Source: Somniosus microcephalus (lineage: Eukaryota). From it: a stretch of DNA of 64,000 bases. The position numbers and the translations under genes were made by a program. Location of the stretch: contig CM126207.1 in assembly GCA_052327205.1 (NCBI GenBank), positions 79,670,001 to 79,734,000 on the forward strand. The letters are read 5' to 3'. The notes beneath the pieces were generated by a model. The model had not been told where the DNA came from, searched no databases, and worked only from the letters and a program-made list of their open reading frames with translations. Shown one piece after another: positions 13,305 to 26,580 of the stretch; positions within the stretch are counted from its first letter, which is position 1, and every line of letters begins with the position of its first letter.

Positions 13305-13485
13305 TTGTTGGCCTCTCCTCCTTTAAGACACTACTTAAAACCTCCCTCTTTGACCAAACTTTTGATCACCCTTCTTAATATTTTCTTCTTTGGCATGGCA
13401 ACCATTTTGCTCTTATTATGCCTCTGTGAAGTGTCTTGGGATGTTTTTCCAAGTTAAAAATGCTTTATAAATGCAAGTTGTTTTT
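13305..13485 (+). mobile_element. L2-type LINE 3' end fragment
   Basis: CTCCTTTAAGACACTACTTAAAACC...CTCTTTGACCAA...TATAAATGCAAGTTG, homologous to the 3' ends at 38600-38770 and 55780-55960. Confidence 0.65.
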
Positions 13486-14699
13486 GTAAAACTAATATGG
13501 GGGAAGAAAATTGGATATGGAAAATATAATTGACATTAAGGAAATTAAAAGAGATTCTTTGGGTACATTCATGGTAAGCAAAGTATTAAGAACAAATGGA
13601 ACTGTTTAAGGAAGAGCATGGTTAGATAAATAGAAAACAAACAGATCCTTTTTAACTATGATTCATAAACTAGAAGATGTTTCCCTAAACCACCCTTTTT
13701 GTACCCCATAATGTGCTTTAAGGTCCACTTTCAAAACACTTCTTCAGAAATTACACACCCACTTATCTCTTTGCTCCCAATCAGCCAATTAAACTGTGTT
13801 GGCAGCGTAGCACTCATAAGCTAACAAGACAGCATAAAATCCAAAGAGTTCCCCTCAGTGGGTTGGCTATGCAAAGTGTACTGCACAAAATGCCTCGGCA
13901 CTGGTGGTGTATCAGGAGTGGAATTTCAGGCTCTTAAGAAACTGGAGTAATGTGATTTTCACAAACCCCCACAGCCACATGGAATGTATCCAAGAGTTAT
14001 CCCAAGATAAATTGTAAATGGTAACCATTAGGGAATCTGGCCGAGTGCTAAGTCTGTTGCTGGTAGACAATTACATCACAGTTTGACCTGTTGTTTTCAT
14101 GATGGTGAAAACTCAATAAATAATCTTTTGATTAGGCAAAAACTGGACCTCAATACCAGTCTCAGCCAATTAAAATCTCTGTAATTTTATGAGGCGTGCA
14201 GGAGGGTTGTAGGAAAACAGTTGTTGGGGTCCAACACTGACAGTGAAGAATTGCTTGAAGCTCAACTCTTAAAGATTGAGTAAGTGAGAATCTAAGAGAT
14301 AATTTTCTACTTGTGATGCACCTGAAAGTGCGAGTGCATCTTGTGCCACAGGCAATGGGGAGAGTCTCCTGGGTTTTTCCACGCTCTCTCACTTCAATAA
14401 TTATGCAGCACTATTGGCGCAGATTGATCCAGGCATTGGGAGCACGGTGGCCTGGGATGCGTGGGATATCCAGTGCAGCAGTGGAAAAGAGCAGCTGTTG
14501 TGCCTTAAAATGGCAACTGCACGATCTGTACTTTGAAAGTATAGTGTTTCCATATTGTTTTTGTGAATGTTTTAAAGATGGCAGAGAAGAGTGCAGATGC
14601 CTAGGGAGGCGGGAGGACTGTTCTCTTTACAGACAAAGTCCATGGAGGTAATGTTGCCAGAAGTGAAACAGAGTACGGTTGGCATCACTGGATTGAATG

Positions 14700-15040
14700 C
14701 AGGTAACACAACAGTCAATTTGCACACAGCAAGGTCCCATTAATAAGATAAATGATCAGATAATCTGTTTTTGATGGCATTAGTTGAGGGATAAATGTTG
14801 GCCAGAACAATTTGTCTGCTCTTCTCATAGTGCCATGGGATCTTTTTCGTTCATCTGAGAGGGCAGATGGAGCCTCAGTGTAATGCCACATCTGAAAGGC
14901 AGCACCTCCAACAGTGCAACACTCCCTCATTCCTGCAATGAAATGTCAGCCGATATTATGTGCTTGTGTCTCTGGAGTGGGGCTTGAATCCACAATCCTC
15001 TGACTGAGAGGTGAGTGCTACCACTGAGCCAAGGCTGACA
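14700..15040 (-). mobile_element. tRNA-derived SINE (SacSINE1-like)
   Basis: Reverse complement of the SINE family at 7910 and 53575 (head ...GCTACCACTGAGCCAAGGCTGAC on +). Confidence 0.75.
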
Positions 15041-17113
15041 ATACTCACATCTGTGCCGTGCTTCACATAACTATAGTCCACTCTGCAACATGAAGCACCT
15101 CCAGCATAATCTGCGGTGGAGCTCTCCCCTTAACAGAGATCCTACGCACAGCTGTTGGTCCTCTCAGGAATGTCATAATTGATGCCATAGGGATCATGGG
15201 CTCCATTGCCGTTGAGTCTATTCCATCTGGATTCACTACATGGGGAAATTTTCTGGACAGCACCCTGACGTGGGGCTTCGATGACCTCATTGCAGCTCTG
15301 TGGTTTGTCCCAGATAGGTTTCAGGACATGCTGAGGGACTGCCCAGGAGGAGTAGGCACTGTTGAGGGAACCTGCTTCTGCTCATGCCTGTAGAACTCCT
15401 CCATGAGTATGAATGGCAGTGGTGTGTTTGTTTGCATAATGATCTGCATGGCAGCATGCAAGATAGTGGGGTAAGATGTATGCCTGTGGGGTCACACGCA
15501 CGGCAGAGAATGACTTGCATAGCAGCCAGTTAGTGTGCCTCCCTTCTGTTGTTGTGCATTGCTGCGTTTACAGATTTCACATCTTGGTGCATCGAAAAAC
15601 AATTTCATTTTATTAATTTGGTTAATGTTGCAGTGTTGAGACATAGTTTATTTTACATTAATAATATATTTCAAAAAATACTTTTTGTGTCATTACTCAG
15701 TACAAGAATGTCTTTATTATTTAGGGTATCAGGATTGTGAAGGAGTTTCTAAATAAAGAGACCCACGATTCATAAAGCAAGAACACCATTGTGGTACAAA
15801 TTATGTTAGCTATTACTAATTGTTTGTTTAGTTTCAATAAAATGTTTGGGTGAAGACTTAATCCTGGCAGAAATTCCCTAATGAGTTTGTATTTTCCATT
15901 TCTATCTTTGATATTACTGAGCACCAAGTCTGTCACTTCTGATGTTGGTATGGAAATATTTTAGCCTATCCTGAGATGTTTCTATAGCAGATTTATCCCT
16001 GTATTCCCCCCAACCCCTCAACTGGGCCTTTAACAGTAATTCCTCTTTGTTGGTACATTTTATGCTAATAAAGATTTTTCAGGCACTGAAACCAGGTTTG
16101 GAGCATGTGGTGGCATTCCCTCACTGTACTGGCTTATGAGGCAATGTCACCATATTAAATGTTCTCATCATGTGCCATTTCAAGCATAAATTAAATTGGG
16201 AAACTTTCAAGCTGATCTTCTTTCTGTCTCCCTGCAGTTCCGCCATCACATTGAGCTGTGTAGTTGTTAAAGAAGTGGTATGCATTTGTTTCACTTTTTT
16301 AAAAAGCTTTAGCACTTTTCTTTTCATTTTTGTGCTAATCAAAATGAAGCATATCAGTGTTAGGAATGGACTTTGGGCCCCCGTGTCAACCTCATACACT
16401 TCCAGGTCATATATAGTGTGGCTAGATATAGGAAAGAGCTCCGCTACTCTGCCCCAACAACGTGCCTTAACCATAAGGTTTGCCTTTCTATTTTCCATTG
16501 ACCATTCTTTTGACATCTCTGAGTGTGTATGCCAATTAGTGCTCAAATTATGGACAGCTTTGTTCTATGTATCCAATCTGGTTCACTTTGGACACTTTAG
16601 AGACAGTTTATATTGTGCCAGTAAATGGTGATCCAGGATGAATATTACTTCGCCTCTGTTCCACCCAGTTCTTGGTTTGTGAATTTTTGATCATTGTATG
16701 TGCTTCTCAAGTTGATGGATGAGCAATTTCAGGCTACAATTTCACTAAGAACTGTCGGTGATTGTACTGTTGGCCATTAATATGCTCTTCTCAAGACTTA
16801 CGACTCCGAACCCCTTCGTTGAATTCTCTTCACGATCACTGAATCCCACTTTGAGTCCTGGATGCAGATCTACTAATACGAAGGGCGGCGGACGAGTTTG
16901 GAAGCCCGGGACGGGATGCGGCAGCCACTTGCCTCCTGAGCCCTCTTTTCAGAGCTCCTGCCCTCTTTTCATCCAGTCGCTCCTTTTTTCCCGCTCGAAA
17001 AACCCGACTCCACCCCTTCCTCCTGGGGTTTCTGCCTGGAGACTGCGCAGCCTCACTGTCTGCAACAGTTGATACTGGTGCAGAATTATGGAAAGTCTGC
17101 TCTTAGTCACATT

Positions 17114-17821
17114 GGCCTAGAAATTCACTATGGCCCCGCCAGCTGGCTAGCGCCCAAAAGTTAGCGCTGGGCGCGGAGCCATTTGGGACCGTCAGATATT
17201 CACTTTTTGCGCCCCAAGTCGGAACCGGGCGCTATTCCAGGGTGTGCCCGCCCCCGCTTGGGGCGCTGAAACTGAATTTCCGCGCTCTAGGCGCCGCTGC
17301 TCCACCCGCTGCGGAGCAGCAGGCTACGGTACTGCAGGCCTCCTCCTCTTAAGGGGGAGGTGCCTGCAATGGGGAGATCGCCGCTGGATAGTGCCGGCAA
17401 ATGAGCCCGGCACCAAGGAGAAGTGCCGGGTTCACGGAAAGCAGCCGGCAATGCCGCGGGGGGGGGGGTGGAGGAGGCCGGGGAAGGAGGTGCGGGCAGG
17501 CAGCCGCCGAAAAAGCGGCCGGCCGCACCTCCACCTTAAAGCTCCCCACTAAGGCTACAGTACGGCCCCGTTTTCAGAACGCTGTTTGCGGCCGCTGCGG
17601 AAGAGGCGGCCGCAACTAAATATGGGGACCGGGCCAGTATCGGGGCGGAACCGGGGCACTGCGCACACCGATGACGTCATCGGTGCCGGCGCAGCGCTAA
17701 CGGCTACCGCCGCCATTACCGCTGCGCTGAATATCAGCGCAAACTCCTGTATTGGCGCAGAAGCCCTCTTTAGGCGGTAACTGGCCGCAAAGCTGGCGGC
17801 GCCTTACTGAATTTCGAGGCC
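17114..17821. mobile_element. Harbinger/PIF-like MITE
   Basis: 14-bp TIR GGCCTAGAAATTCA / TGAATTTCGAGGCC (1 mismatch), 3-bp TSD ATT (17111-17113, 17822-17824), GC-rich non-coding body. Confidence 0.8.
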
Positions 17822-17824
17822 ATT

Positions 17825-20035
17825 GTGTCCTTAAAAGCTCTTGCCGTACCTTCACATGGGCAACTTTAACCCAGGGATTTATAACAATGATAATACAGTG
17901 TCTAAGTTAAAGATTGATAACCATACTTAGCGTACATAACATTTCCAGTGGGTATTACACTCCCCCCCAACCAAATATAGGCATGTCCCCATGACTAATG
18001 AATTTTACACATAAGTGGTTGCATGCTTCCCAACCATGTATAAAGGGAGGTAACATATCGAACCGTAGGGGCTATCATTACACTTGGCACTCCTAGTGTA
18101 CTGTATGCCAATCTTTCAGGAACCTTCTTAACTCGCTGTGAGCTCCTTATTTCAGATACCCGGTCTTCAGTTCCTTCAACTACGTTGGAGGCGTTGGTTC
18201 CTTTGTTATCATGCCTTTCAGTCTCTTTTATCTCCTTCTCGGAAGCATCTGGTTCTTCCCAGACCATGCCCAAGTCTGAGCTAAATGGTTCAGACAATTC
18301 ATCCAGATTCTGTCCTTTGCGTCTTTCTGGGAGGTCGTACCATAGATCCCATTCTTCATCTTCCGACTCATCAGGTTCCTCATGATCCACACACTGTGTC
18401 ATGGCTTTTCTGTCTTCTGGAACAAAGTTTTCCTGGTTTCTCGTTTTTTTCCTTCTTCTTCTCTGCAGGGTTCTCCTACAAGGTGTCGGCTCATTATCCG
18501 CTGGCGGATCCAGACGCACTTGCTGTCCCAATGGCAGGATATGATTCCGGTGCAGTATTTTTATGGGTCCATTCCCACCTGCAGGTTTTAGCCGAAACAC
18601 AGGTAGTTGTGACATTTGACTTTCAACAATGTAAGGTGTAGAAGCCCAGCGGTCTGCTAACTTATGTTTCCCTTGAAGTCCTAGGTTCCGTATGAGAACT
18701 CAGTCACCAGGCATGAGTTGGGAAAAACGGATCTTCTGGTCATACCTCTGCTTATTTCCTTTATTCTGTTTGGCAGAAACAGACTCAGCAAGTTCATAAG
18801 CAGCTTGCAATTCCTTTCTCATGTCAGACACATACTTGAGGTAAATTCTCTGTAATGTGCCATCACTGGATACTCCGAAACACAAATCCACCGGCATCCT
18901 CGCTTCACGTCCAAACATGAAGTAGTACGGTGAAAAACCAGTAGCGCCATTTCGGGTACAATTATAAGAATGAACAAGATGTCCAATGTGCCGACTCCAC
19001 TTGTTCTTTCGCTTTGAATCCAGCGTTCCAAGCATGTCTAACAAAGTACGGTTAAACCGCTCAGGTTGAGGATCTCCCTGAGGATGGTATGGAGTTGTTC
19101 TTGACTTCTCAATCCCGAGCATGGACAACAACTCATGTATAAGTCTACTTTCAAAGTCTCTACCTTGATCACTGTGTATTCGCTTTGGCAGTCCATAGTG
19201 GATGAAGTATTTCTCCCACAACACTTTGGCAACGGTGGATGCTTTCTGATCCTTTGTGGGAAAAGCTTGGGCATAGCGAGTATAATGATCTGTAATGACC
19301 AAGACAGTTGCGGTATTGCTGGAATCGGGTTCGATGGACAGAAAATCCATACAGACAAGGTCTAGAGGTCCATCACTTTGCATGTGAAACAGAGGAGCAA
19401 CTCTTTTAGGTAAAGTCTTTCTCTGGACACAGCGTGCACAGGACTTGCAGAACTCCTCAACCGCAGACTTCATACGCGGCCAATAGAATCTGTCCTTGAC
19501 CAACCCATAGGTCTTATCTACTCCCAGATGACCTGCGTCATCATGCAAAGACTTCATCGCTATTTCCCTGTACTTTTCAGGCAGGACCAACTGTGAATGA
19601 CATGGTTTAGTGGGTGGGTGAGTGATTCTACACAACACTCCCTCTTTAATTTCCAAGTGGTCCCATTCTCTTAGGAGCAGATGACAGTCAGGATGTTTTG
19701 ATTTGTCGATCTGTGTAATATCACCCAGACGGAGAGCTGAAAACACCTCATGAATACAGGGATCCTCCTGTTGTGCTTTGGATATTTCAGATGAACACAA
19801 CATGGGTAAGTTTTGTACATCCAAACTGGAAAGGTTGCAAAATGCCTGGGGAACAGCATGCATTGACGCTCCCAAGTGGTCAATCTCTCGGGCATGAAAT
19901 GAATTCTTTGGTCCAGATACCACGGACATCTGACACATTACTTTCACATCTGCTGAAGCAACATCTTTCCACTCTGGTTTCTGGTAGTGTGGGCGACGAG
20001 ACAGAGCATCTGCGTCAATGTTCTGGTTCCCAGGG
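17825..20035 (-). mobile_element. Truncated Ty3/Gypsy element: end of RNase H, integrase, PPT and start of 3' LTR
   Basis: PGNQNIDADALSR at ~20030, then integrase 18700-19947 (HDDAGHLG..CARC; CMDFL, HSDQG, PERFNRTL). An in-frame TGA at 18700 (GD*VL, probably CGA>TGA) precedes the tail ORF 17995-18615. PPT TTGGGGGGGAG is followed by TGTAAT at 17959. Confidence 0.9.
18700..19947 (-). pseudogene. Gypsy integrase (HHCC + DDE), nonsense-truncated
   Basis: 415-aa ORF with complete zinc-binding and catalytic motifs. Confidence 0.88.
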
Positions 20036-21434
20036 CAATGGGTCAGCCACTAGAGATGCATGACACCCGACGAGAAGCATCACCCGCCGGGAGCATACAA
20101 TAGGACATTGCAGGTGTGCTCCCCATGGAAAGAAAAGTGCTAGTGATTTTCCAATATGCATTCCCAGTGAATAAGTTTCCCAACCTGTAGCAATCATTTG
20201 GAAAACTCAGCTCTTGTTTGTTTACATTGGCCTAATCATTTCCTGAGTACAGACAATGGCACTAGTGACAAAGGCTGGTTGCTTCTCACTGAAGCTGTGG
20301 ATATCTCTGGGCAGTTTTGTGTATTGGCTATCCTCTTTCACAAACACAAATAAACTATTTTGTTTAGCCATAGCTATCTGAATTTTTAACTCATACAAAG
20401 GGAGGTAGGAGAGGGAGAGCAGGTCAACAAGGATTATCATACCTGCCATTGTGCCAGTTACTGCTTAGGGAACAGGGAATGGGTGGTGAGTGGGAGTGGG
20501 CAACTGTTTGCCCAGTTTTCTAATGAGCAGTCTTGGCAAGGGAGCAGGAGTGCTATACTACTTGAATTTTGTTTAGAAGTTCACTGTCATCATGAAAAAG
20601 GGTGTTTGGAAGTATTTTTATGTTTCCCGAAGAAGAAACAAGTGTCTCATTACATTCCTGATGACATTATAGGGCTGATGTTACAAAATTAAAACAGAAA
20701 ATGCTGGAAACATTCAACAGGTCCAGCAGCATCTGTGAAGAGAGAGAAATATAGTTAATGGCCCGTTTCTGTGGTCAGCAGCGAAGCAACGAAGAAAACT
20801 GCCACAAAGATCTTGTGATCTCTGTGGTAAAAACTTTAGCTTTCTCGACCTTAATTTGATTGTAGTGTTGTCAAAAAGGGATCTCCACCATACAGCAGCA
20901 GTGATGACATCAAGCTGTCTAAGCAGCCAATTACATTGAAGAATTCTCACAGACAGCAAACAAGGAAATAAAAAGCACCTTTTATCATTCACTTTTAAAA
21001 AATTTTTTACAAAGGATGAAATGAAGATTGGGACACACACATGGGGTTAAGGTAGAAGCAAACTTTAAATACATTTAAATGTTTTAAATAATTTTAAAAA
21101 TCTAGTAATTGTTTTTATTCATAATGGAGAAATGTGACATTCCACAAATATAAAATTAGTTTTTCAGTGCCAGAACAGCTGTTCAGCAGTTAAAGCCCCA
21201 GTTACACCTCTTTCAACAAGGCTTATCTTTTTATGGGGAGGTTTAACAGTGATATTAGAGCAGAAAAGGGGAAGTGTTGGTCATTTCAATTGATTTCACT
21301 GATTGCCGGCTATGGGGAGTTCCACAGCGCAGCCTGTGGCAGAGCAGGGAACGACTGACCGCAACTTCAGGATTTCCGCGTTTATCTGCGCATGCGTTAT
21401 ATCCTGAAGTTACAGTCGGTTCCAAAGGGGTAAT

Positions 21435-21647
21435 TGTTAGATCCGTGTATCTTAATGTTGTGTCCTTCAATAATCAGACAACAGACTGCAGGGAACGATT
21501 CAACAGGTGTTTACTGAATGAGGGTTACTCTAGAACTAAGTGTACAGACCACTACTCAGGGTTTATATACAGGTGTGGTCACTGCCGGTACTACAGTATA
21601 CAGGAGCTGTAAAAAGTAGTTCTCCCCTTAAAGGTACATACATTACA
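21435..21647 (-). repeat. 3' LTR of the Mag-like Gypsy element
   Basis: Direct repeat of 26368-26580, adjacent to the PPT. Confidence 0.95.
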
Positions 21648-21756
21648 ATTCCTCCCCTTTTAGATTAACAGTACCATAACACTCATTTAACAATTAAATA
21701 TCAAACTAATTACAATTAACACTTTTAACATGCAACATTAGCTGAAAATAGTCTAT

Positions 21757-24700
21757 TTATAAATTCAGTCTTTGGGGAGGCTTCCTGATCCTTTCTGGAT
21801 AGCGCCTTTCCCGAGTGTCTTGCTCTTGGTGCGGAGGCGATTCTGGCCCCCTGTCGTCGGTTGGTTCATCAGCTTCCGATGCTACTGTTTCTGGGGTAGA
21901 TGCTACCTGTACGTCGGGTTCATCACCAGGTACGTATGGGCGAGGCATGGGGTTGACTTGTTCCTGTGAATCTAGGATCTGGTCAGCATGGCGTCTCACG
22001 ATGCTCTCCCCAACGTCCACTGTGTACATTAGTGGGCCCTGCCGTGTGCATATCGTTCCTGGCTGCCATTTTTCTGTTCGGTAGTCGCGGGCCAAGACTG
22101 GTTGCCCTACATTGAAGCTCCTTGTTGGCTTCTCATGGATGTGCTGGAATTGCTTACTCTCAACATCTGAGCAAATCCAGGCGAGATCTTAACCTTCGGT
22201 TAAAGAACGTCATGGCTGGGGCCTGGTTGGTGACTGCATGTGTCGCATTCCGGTAGGCGAACAGGAAATTGTCCACCTTGTGCTGCAGCGGAATGTTGTC
22301 ATTGTACATAGCCTTTATTGCTTTCTTAAAGGTTTGTATGAACCTCTCAGCCAATCCATTTGTGGCTGGATGATACGGGGCGGATGTGTAATGCCTTACC
22401 CCATTCCTTTTCATAAATCTTCGAAACTCTTCGGACACAAACTGTAGTCCGTTATCAGAGCAAATCTGCTCTGGCAAGCCGTTCCTGGCAAAAATGGGCC
22501 GTAGGACTGCAATAGTTTTCTCCGTGGTGGTGGAGGACATTTTGATCACATCAGGCCATTTCGAGTGCGCATCCACGGCTATTAAAAACATTGAGTCCAT
22601 GAATGGACCAGCAAAATCAATATGCACCCGTTGCCATGGAGATGAGGGCCACTCCCATGGGTGTAGAGGGGCATGTGGTGGTGCATTTTGGACCTTCTGG
22701 CATCCTGAGCAGCTCTTTGTCAGGTCCTCGATTTGCTGATCGATCCCCGGCCACCACACATAAGCCCTAGCAAGGCTTTTCATTTTCACTCCCCCCAGAT
22801 GACCTTTATGTAGCTCATTGAGCACTCTCTCCCTTAACTTGGGTGGAATTACCACTCGGGATCCACACATCAATGTCCCCTGGCATACTGACAGCTGTTC
22901 TCTTCTGGATGAGAATGCTGGCAACAGTGAGTCGCCATGCGCTGGCCATTCCTTCACCGTCAAATCATATACCCGAGACAGTGTCGGGTCATTTCGGGTC
23001 TCCTTCTCCTATACCAGCGTTAGTTACTGGCAAGCATTCAATTATAGTCGAATGAAATATTTCGACAGGATCCACTGCTGGTGCTTCCTCCGCAGTAGAC
23101 AGTGGCAGGCGTGATAGCCCATCAGCGTTTCCATGCTGTTTCGTGCCCGTATACTCGATTTCATATTGGTGCGCCCCTAGAAAAAGGGACCATCTTTGTA
23201 GCCGTTGCGCAGTCATCACCGGAACGCCCTTCTTTGGATTAAAGATGGAGACAAGTGGTTGGTGGTCAGTCAGCAAGGTGAACTTCTGCCCGTGCAGATA
23301 GTGATTGAACTTTTTCACTCCCCACACTAGGCTGAGGGCCTCCCTGTCAATCTGGGCATAGTTATGCTCGGCTGAGGTTAGTGATCGTGACGCAAAGGCT
23401 ATTGGCCTCTCTGAGCCGTCCGAGAATTTGTGCGACAGCATCGCTCCAATGCCGTAGGGTGACGCATCACATGCCAACCGAATTGGTAATGGCGGGTTGT
23501 AATGGGCCAATACCTCTTTCGATGTGATTAGTGTTTTGCTCTTCTGGCAAGCTCGTCTACATTCGTCACTCCACTTCCATGGCACCCCAGTTTGCAGTAG
23601 GGTGTTCAGTGGGTGTAGTATTGTAGACAAATTTGGCAAGAACTTATGGTAGTAGTTTACCAGCCCAAGGAACGACCTCAGTTGTGACACATTTTCCGGT
23701 GCTGGAGCCTTGACTACTGCCTCAATCTTCTCTGGGGACTTATGTAACCCCTCTTTATCGATAACGTGGCCACAATACGAGATCTGTTTTCCAAAAAACT
23801 CGCATTTGGGGCGGTTAGCTCGGAGCCCATATTCCTGTAATCTAGTGAGCACCTGCTCCAGGTTGGCAAGGTGATCACTGTCATTTTCGCCTGTGACCAG
23901 GATGTCATCCAAATAACACTGGGTCCCTGGGATCCCTTGCAGGACTTGTTCCATTGCCCTCTGCCAAATAGCCGGAGCTGATGCTACCCTGAATACCAGC
24001 CGGTTGTATTGGTAGAGACCTTTATGGGTGTTGATTGTGAGGTTTTTTTTTTGATGCTTCTTCTACCTCCATTTGCAGATACGCCTGGGCCAGATCAATC
24101 TTAGTGAAGCGTTTCCCTCCAGATAGCGAGGCGAAAATATCTTCAATCCGCGGAAGTGGATATTGTACGGTGTGAAGGACCGGGTTCACTGTTACCTTAA
24201 AGTCCCCACAGATGCGAACCTTCCTTGGTTCCCCAGGCGTGCTGCTCAACGACTTTTTCATCACAGGGATGATGGGTGTAGCCCACTCGCTCCAGTCTAC
24301 CTTGGACAGTACATCTGAACGTTCCAGACTCTCCAGCTCTGCTTCGACGGCTGGGCGGATCGCATAAGGTACCGGTCTGGCCTTAAAAAATTTTGGGCTT
24401 GCATTTTCTTCAATTTTAATCATCGCTGTCATGCCTTTTAGTGTTCCGAGTCCTTGCTGGAACACTTCTTTCGCGTCAGTTAGGAACTTTGACAGTCGCC
24501 CAGGTGTGACGTCGTCATCCTTTTTGTCAGCCACAGTCAGTGCCTGTATGGAATGCCAATCTAGCTGTATCTTCCGGATCCATTCACGTCCTAGTAGTGG
24601 TGGTCCTCCATCTGGCAATACATATAGGTCCATTTTTGGTGTTTCCTTGCCATTATATATAACGTTCACCCTTATTTTTCCTTTGGGGTAGACTTTTTGC

Positions 24701-25694
24701 CCCGTGTACGTCTTCAAGACAATCTTTGTATCTCTCAAGGGTATATGTGAGAATAGCCACTTGTAGTCCCTTCAGTTTATGACTGTTAGGGCTGATCCTG
24801 TGTCCAATTCCATTTTCACTTGGACTCCTGCTATCTTGAGCGTGACCCAGATAGTTTGGTGATCCTCCATTTTGATCACATTATGTAGTTTCAGACAACC
24901 CAGCTCCTTGCTTCCGGAGTCTCTATCACTCTTCTGTTCGTCTGAACTACTCTCCATCACCTTATGTACCTTCTTGTACTTCTCCTGTGGAGATTTCTTG
25001 CTGCTGGTTTTCTTTCCCGACCTGCAGACTCTTGCTATGTGTCCTACTTTTCCACACTGTCTGTACACTTTGTCCTTGAACCAGCAATCATTATGGTCAT
25101 GTGTTGTTCTGCCGCAGCGATAGCACTTCACTGTTCCGTATGACATTTCATTTGTGCCATATTCTTGCGGTCTCCATTGTATCTCTGCAGCGCCCGTGCT
25201 GCTGCTTCGTGTGATACTGCAATGCTGAAAGCCTTGTCCAGCGTAAGATCCTTTTCTGATAGAAGCCATTTCTGGGTTCCTTCACTTTGAAGCCCACACA
25301 CAAACTTGTCCCTTAAAGTATTTGCTAGTCCCGTTCCAAACTGGCAGTGTTTCGATAGCTTGCGCAGTTCCATTAAATACTCAGCATTACTTTCATCTTT
25401 ATGCTGGTTCCTTTTGTGAAACTTAAATCTTTCTGCTATCAGCAGCGGTGTGGGGTTTAAGTGGTCCTGTAGGATTGACACTATGTTTTCAAAATCCTTT
25501 TCTACTGGCTTCTCTGGGGTTACTAGGTTTCATAGTAAGCCATACATTTTTGCACCCATTGAATTCAACAATACCAGCGCTTTCTTGTCATCTGGCACTT
25601 CATTCGCCTTGCAGTATACTTCTATGCGTTCGACATATGTCGTTCAATCTTCGACTTCATTGTCGAACGCTGTGATACTGCCACTCTTCGGCAT
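21757..25694 (-). pseudogene. Gypsy gag-pol pseudogene (gag, PR, RT, RNase H, IN)
   Basis: Collinear ORF pieces 25128-25481, 24772-25269, 24022-24738, 22989-23954, 22160-22963 and 21757-22095. Confidence 0.92.
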
Positions 25695-25713
25695 TTTTGG
25701 GTGTGGTTAGACT

Positions 25714-26090
25714 GGCTTAAAATGGCGTCTCCCGCGCTTTCCTTTCTTCCCCGCTGCGGTTTAAAATGGCGTCTCCCGCGCTTTCCTTTCTTCCCCGCTG
25801 CGGCTTAAAATGGCATCTCCTGCGCTGCTGCCATCGCCGCTCTTGGCGGTCCTCGTGGCAAATGGCAGCGCCCTCTCTCCTCCGTTGATGCTGCTCGGCC
25901 CTTGAACACCGGCTGCGCTCTGCTCTCTCTCGTCTCTCTCCCTCGTTGACGCTGCTCGGCCCTTGAACACCGGCTGCGCTCTGCTCTCTCTCGTCTCTCT
26001 CCCCCATTGACGCCGATCGGTCCTGAACACCGGCTGTGCCCTGTGCGCTCTGCCCTCTCTCTCTCCCCCGTCGATGCTGCTCGGCCTTTT
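25714..26090. repeat. Tandem repeats in the Gypsy 5' leader (~44-bp x ~2.5 and ~61-bp x ~3)
   Basis: Units TTAAAATGGCGTCTCCCGCGCTTTCCTTTCTTCCCCGCTGCGG and GCTGCTCGGCCCTTGAACACCGGCTGCGCTCTGCTCTCTCTCGTCTCTCTCCC... Confidence 0.85.
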
Positions 26091-26367
26091 TCTGTGCCGC
26101 TCGGTCGGGCTCTAGCCCGTCGCTGTCCGGGAAGGGTCTGCGCAGTACCTGTTGCCAGCCCGTTTCGCTGGACCACCGTGACTGGAAAGCCAAGCCTGGC
26201 TCTCGACAGCCTCCCCTGCGATGCTCAAATCTCCGCTGGATGACTGGGCGGTTGCCCGTGGTCAACGCCCGTGCTTCTGGACTCGACCTTCTTCCACAGT
26301 TCTCCAGGAGCAAATCCCTGGGAGGTGATGCAGAGTTGCAGGTAGGTTCGAACTTGCTCGTCGCCAC

Positions 26368-26580
26368 TGTTAGATCTGTGTATCTTAATGTTGTGTCCTT
26401 CAATAATCAGACAACAGACTGCAGGGAACGATTCAACAGGTGTTTACTGAATGAGGGTTACTCTAGAACTAAATGTACAGATCACTATTCAGGGTTTATA
26501 TACAGGTGTGGTCACTGCCGGTACTACAGTATACAGGAGCTGTAAAAAGTAGTTCTCCCCTTAAAGGTACATACATTACA
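26368..26580 (-). repeat. 5' LTR of the Mag-like Gypsy element
   Basis: Direct repeat of 21435-21647, adjacent to the PBS. Confidence 0.95.

Larger units (their letters stand above)
21435..26580 (-). mobile_element. Full-length Ty3/Gypsy (Mag-like) LTR retrotransposon, decayed gag-pol
   Basis: 213-bp LTRs at 21435-21647 and 26368-26580 (TG...CA, 4 mismatches) with 5-bp TSD GTAAT. PBS TGGCGACGAG (26366-26357; tRNA-Ser GCU 3' end) and PPT AAAGGGGAGGAAT are present. Gag starts at ATG 25694 and has two CCHC-type knuckles; protease LDTGS, RT YLDD, RNase H DAS/DREAL/TDH/ADGLSR and integrase HHCC/DDE follow, broken by several stops and frameshifts. Confidence 0.97.

Noticed and set aside
17114-17821. 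CpG island / gene promoter
   Set aside because: It is bounded by TIRs and a TSD and homologous to other MITEs in the window.
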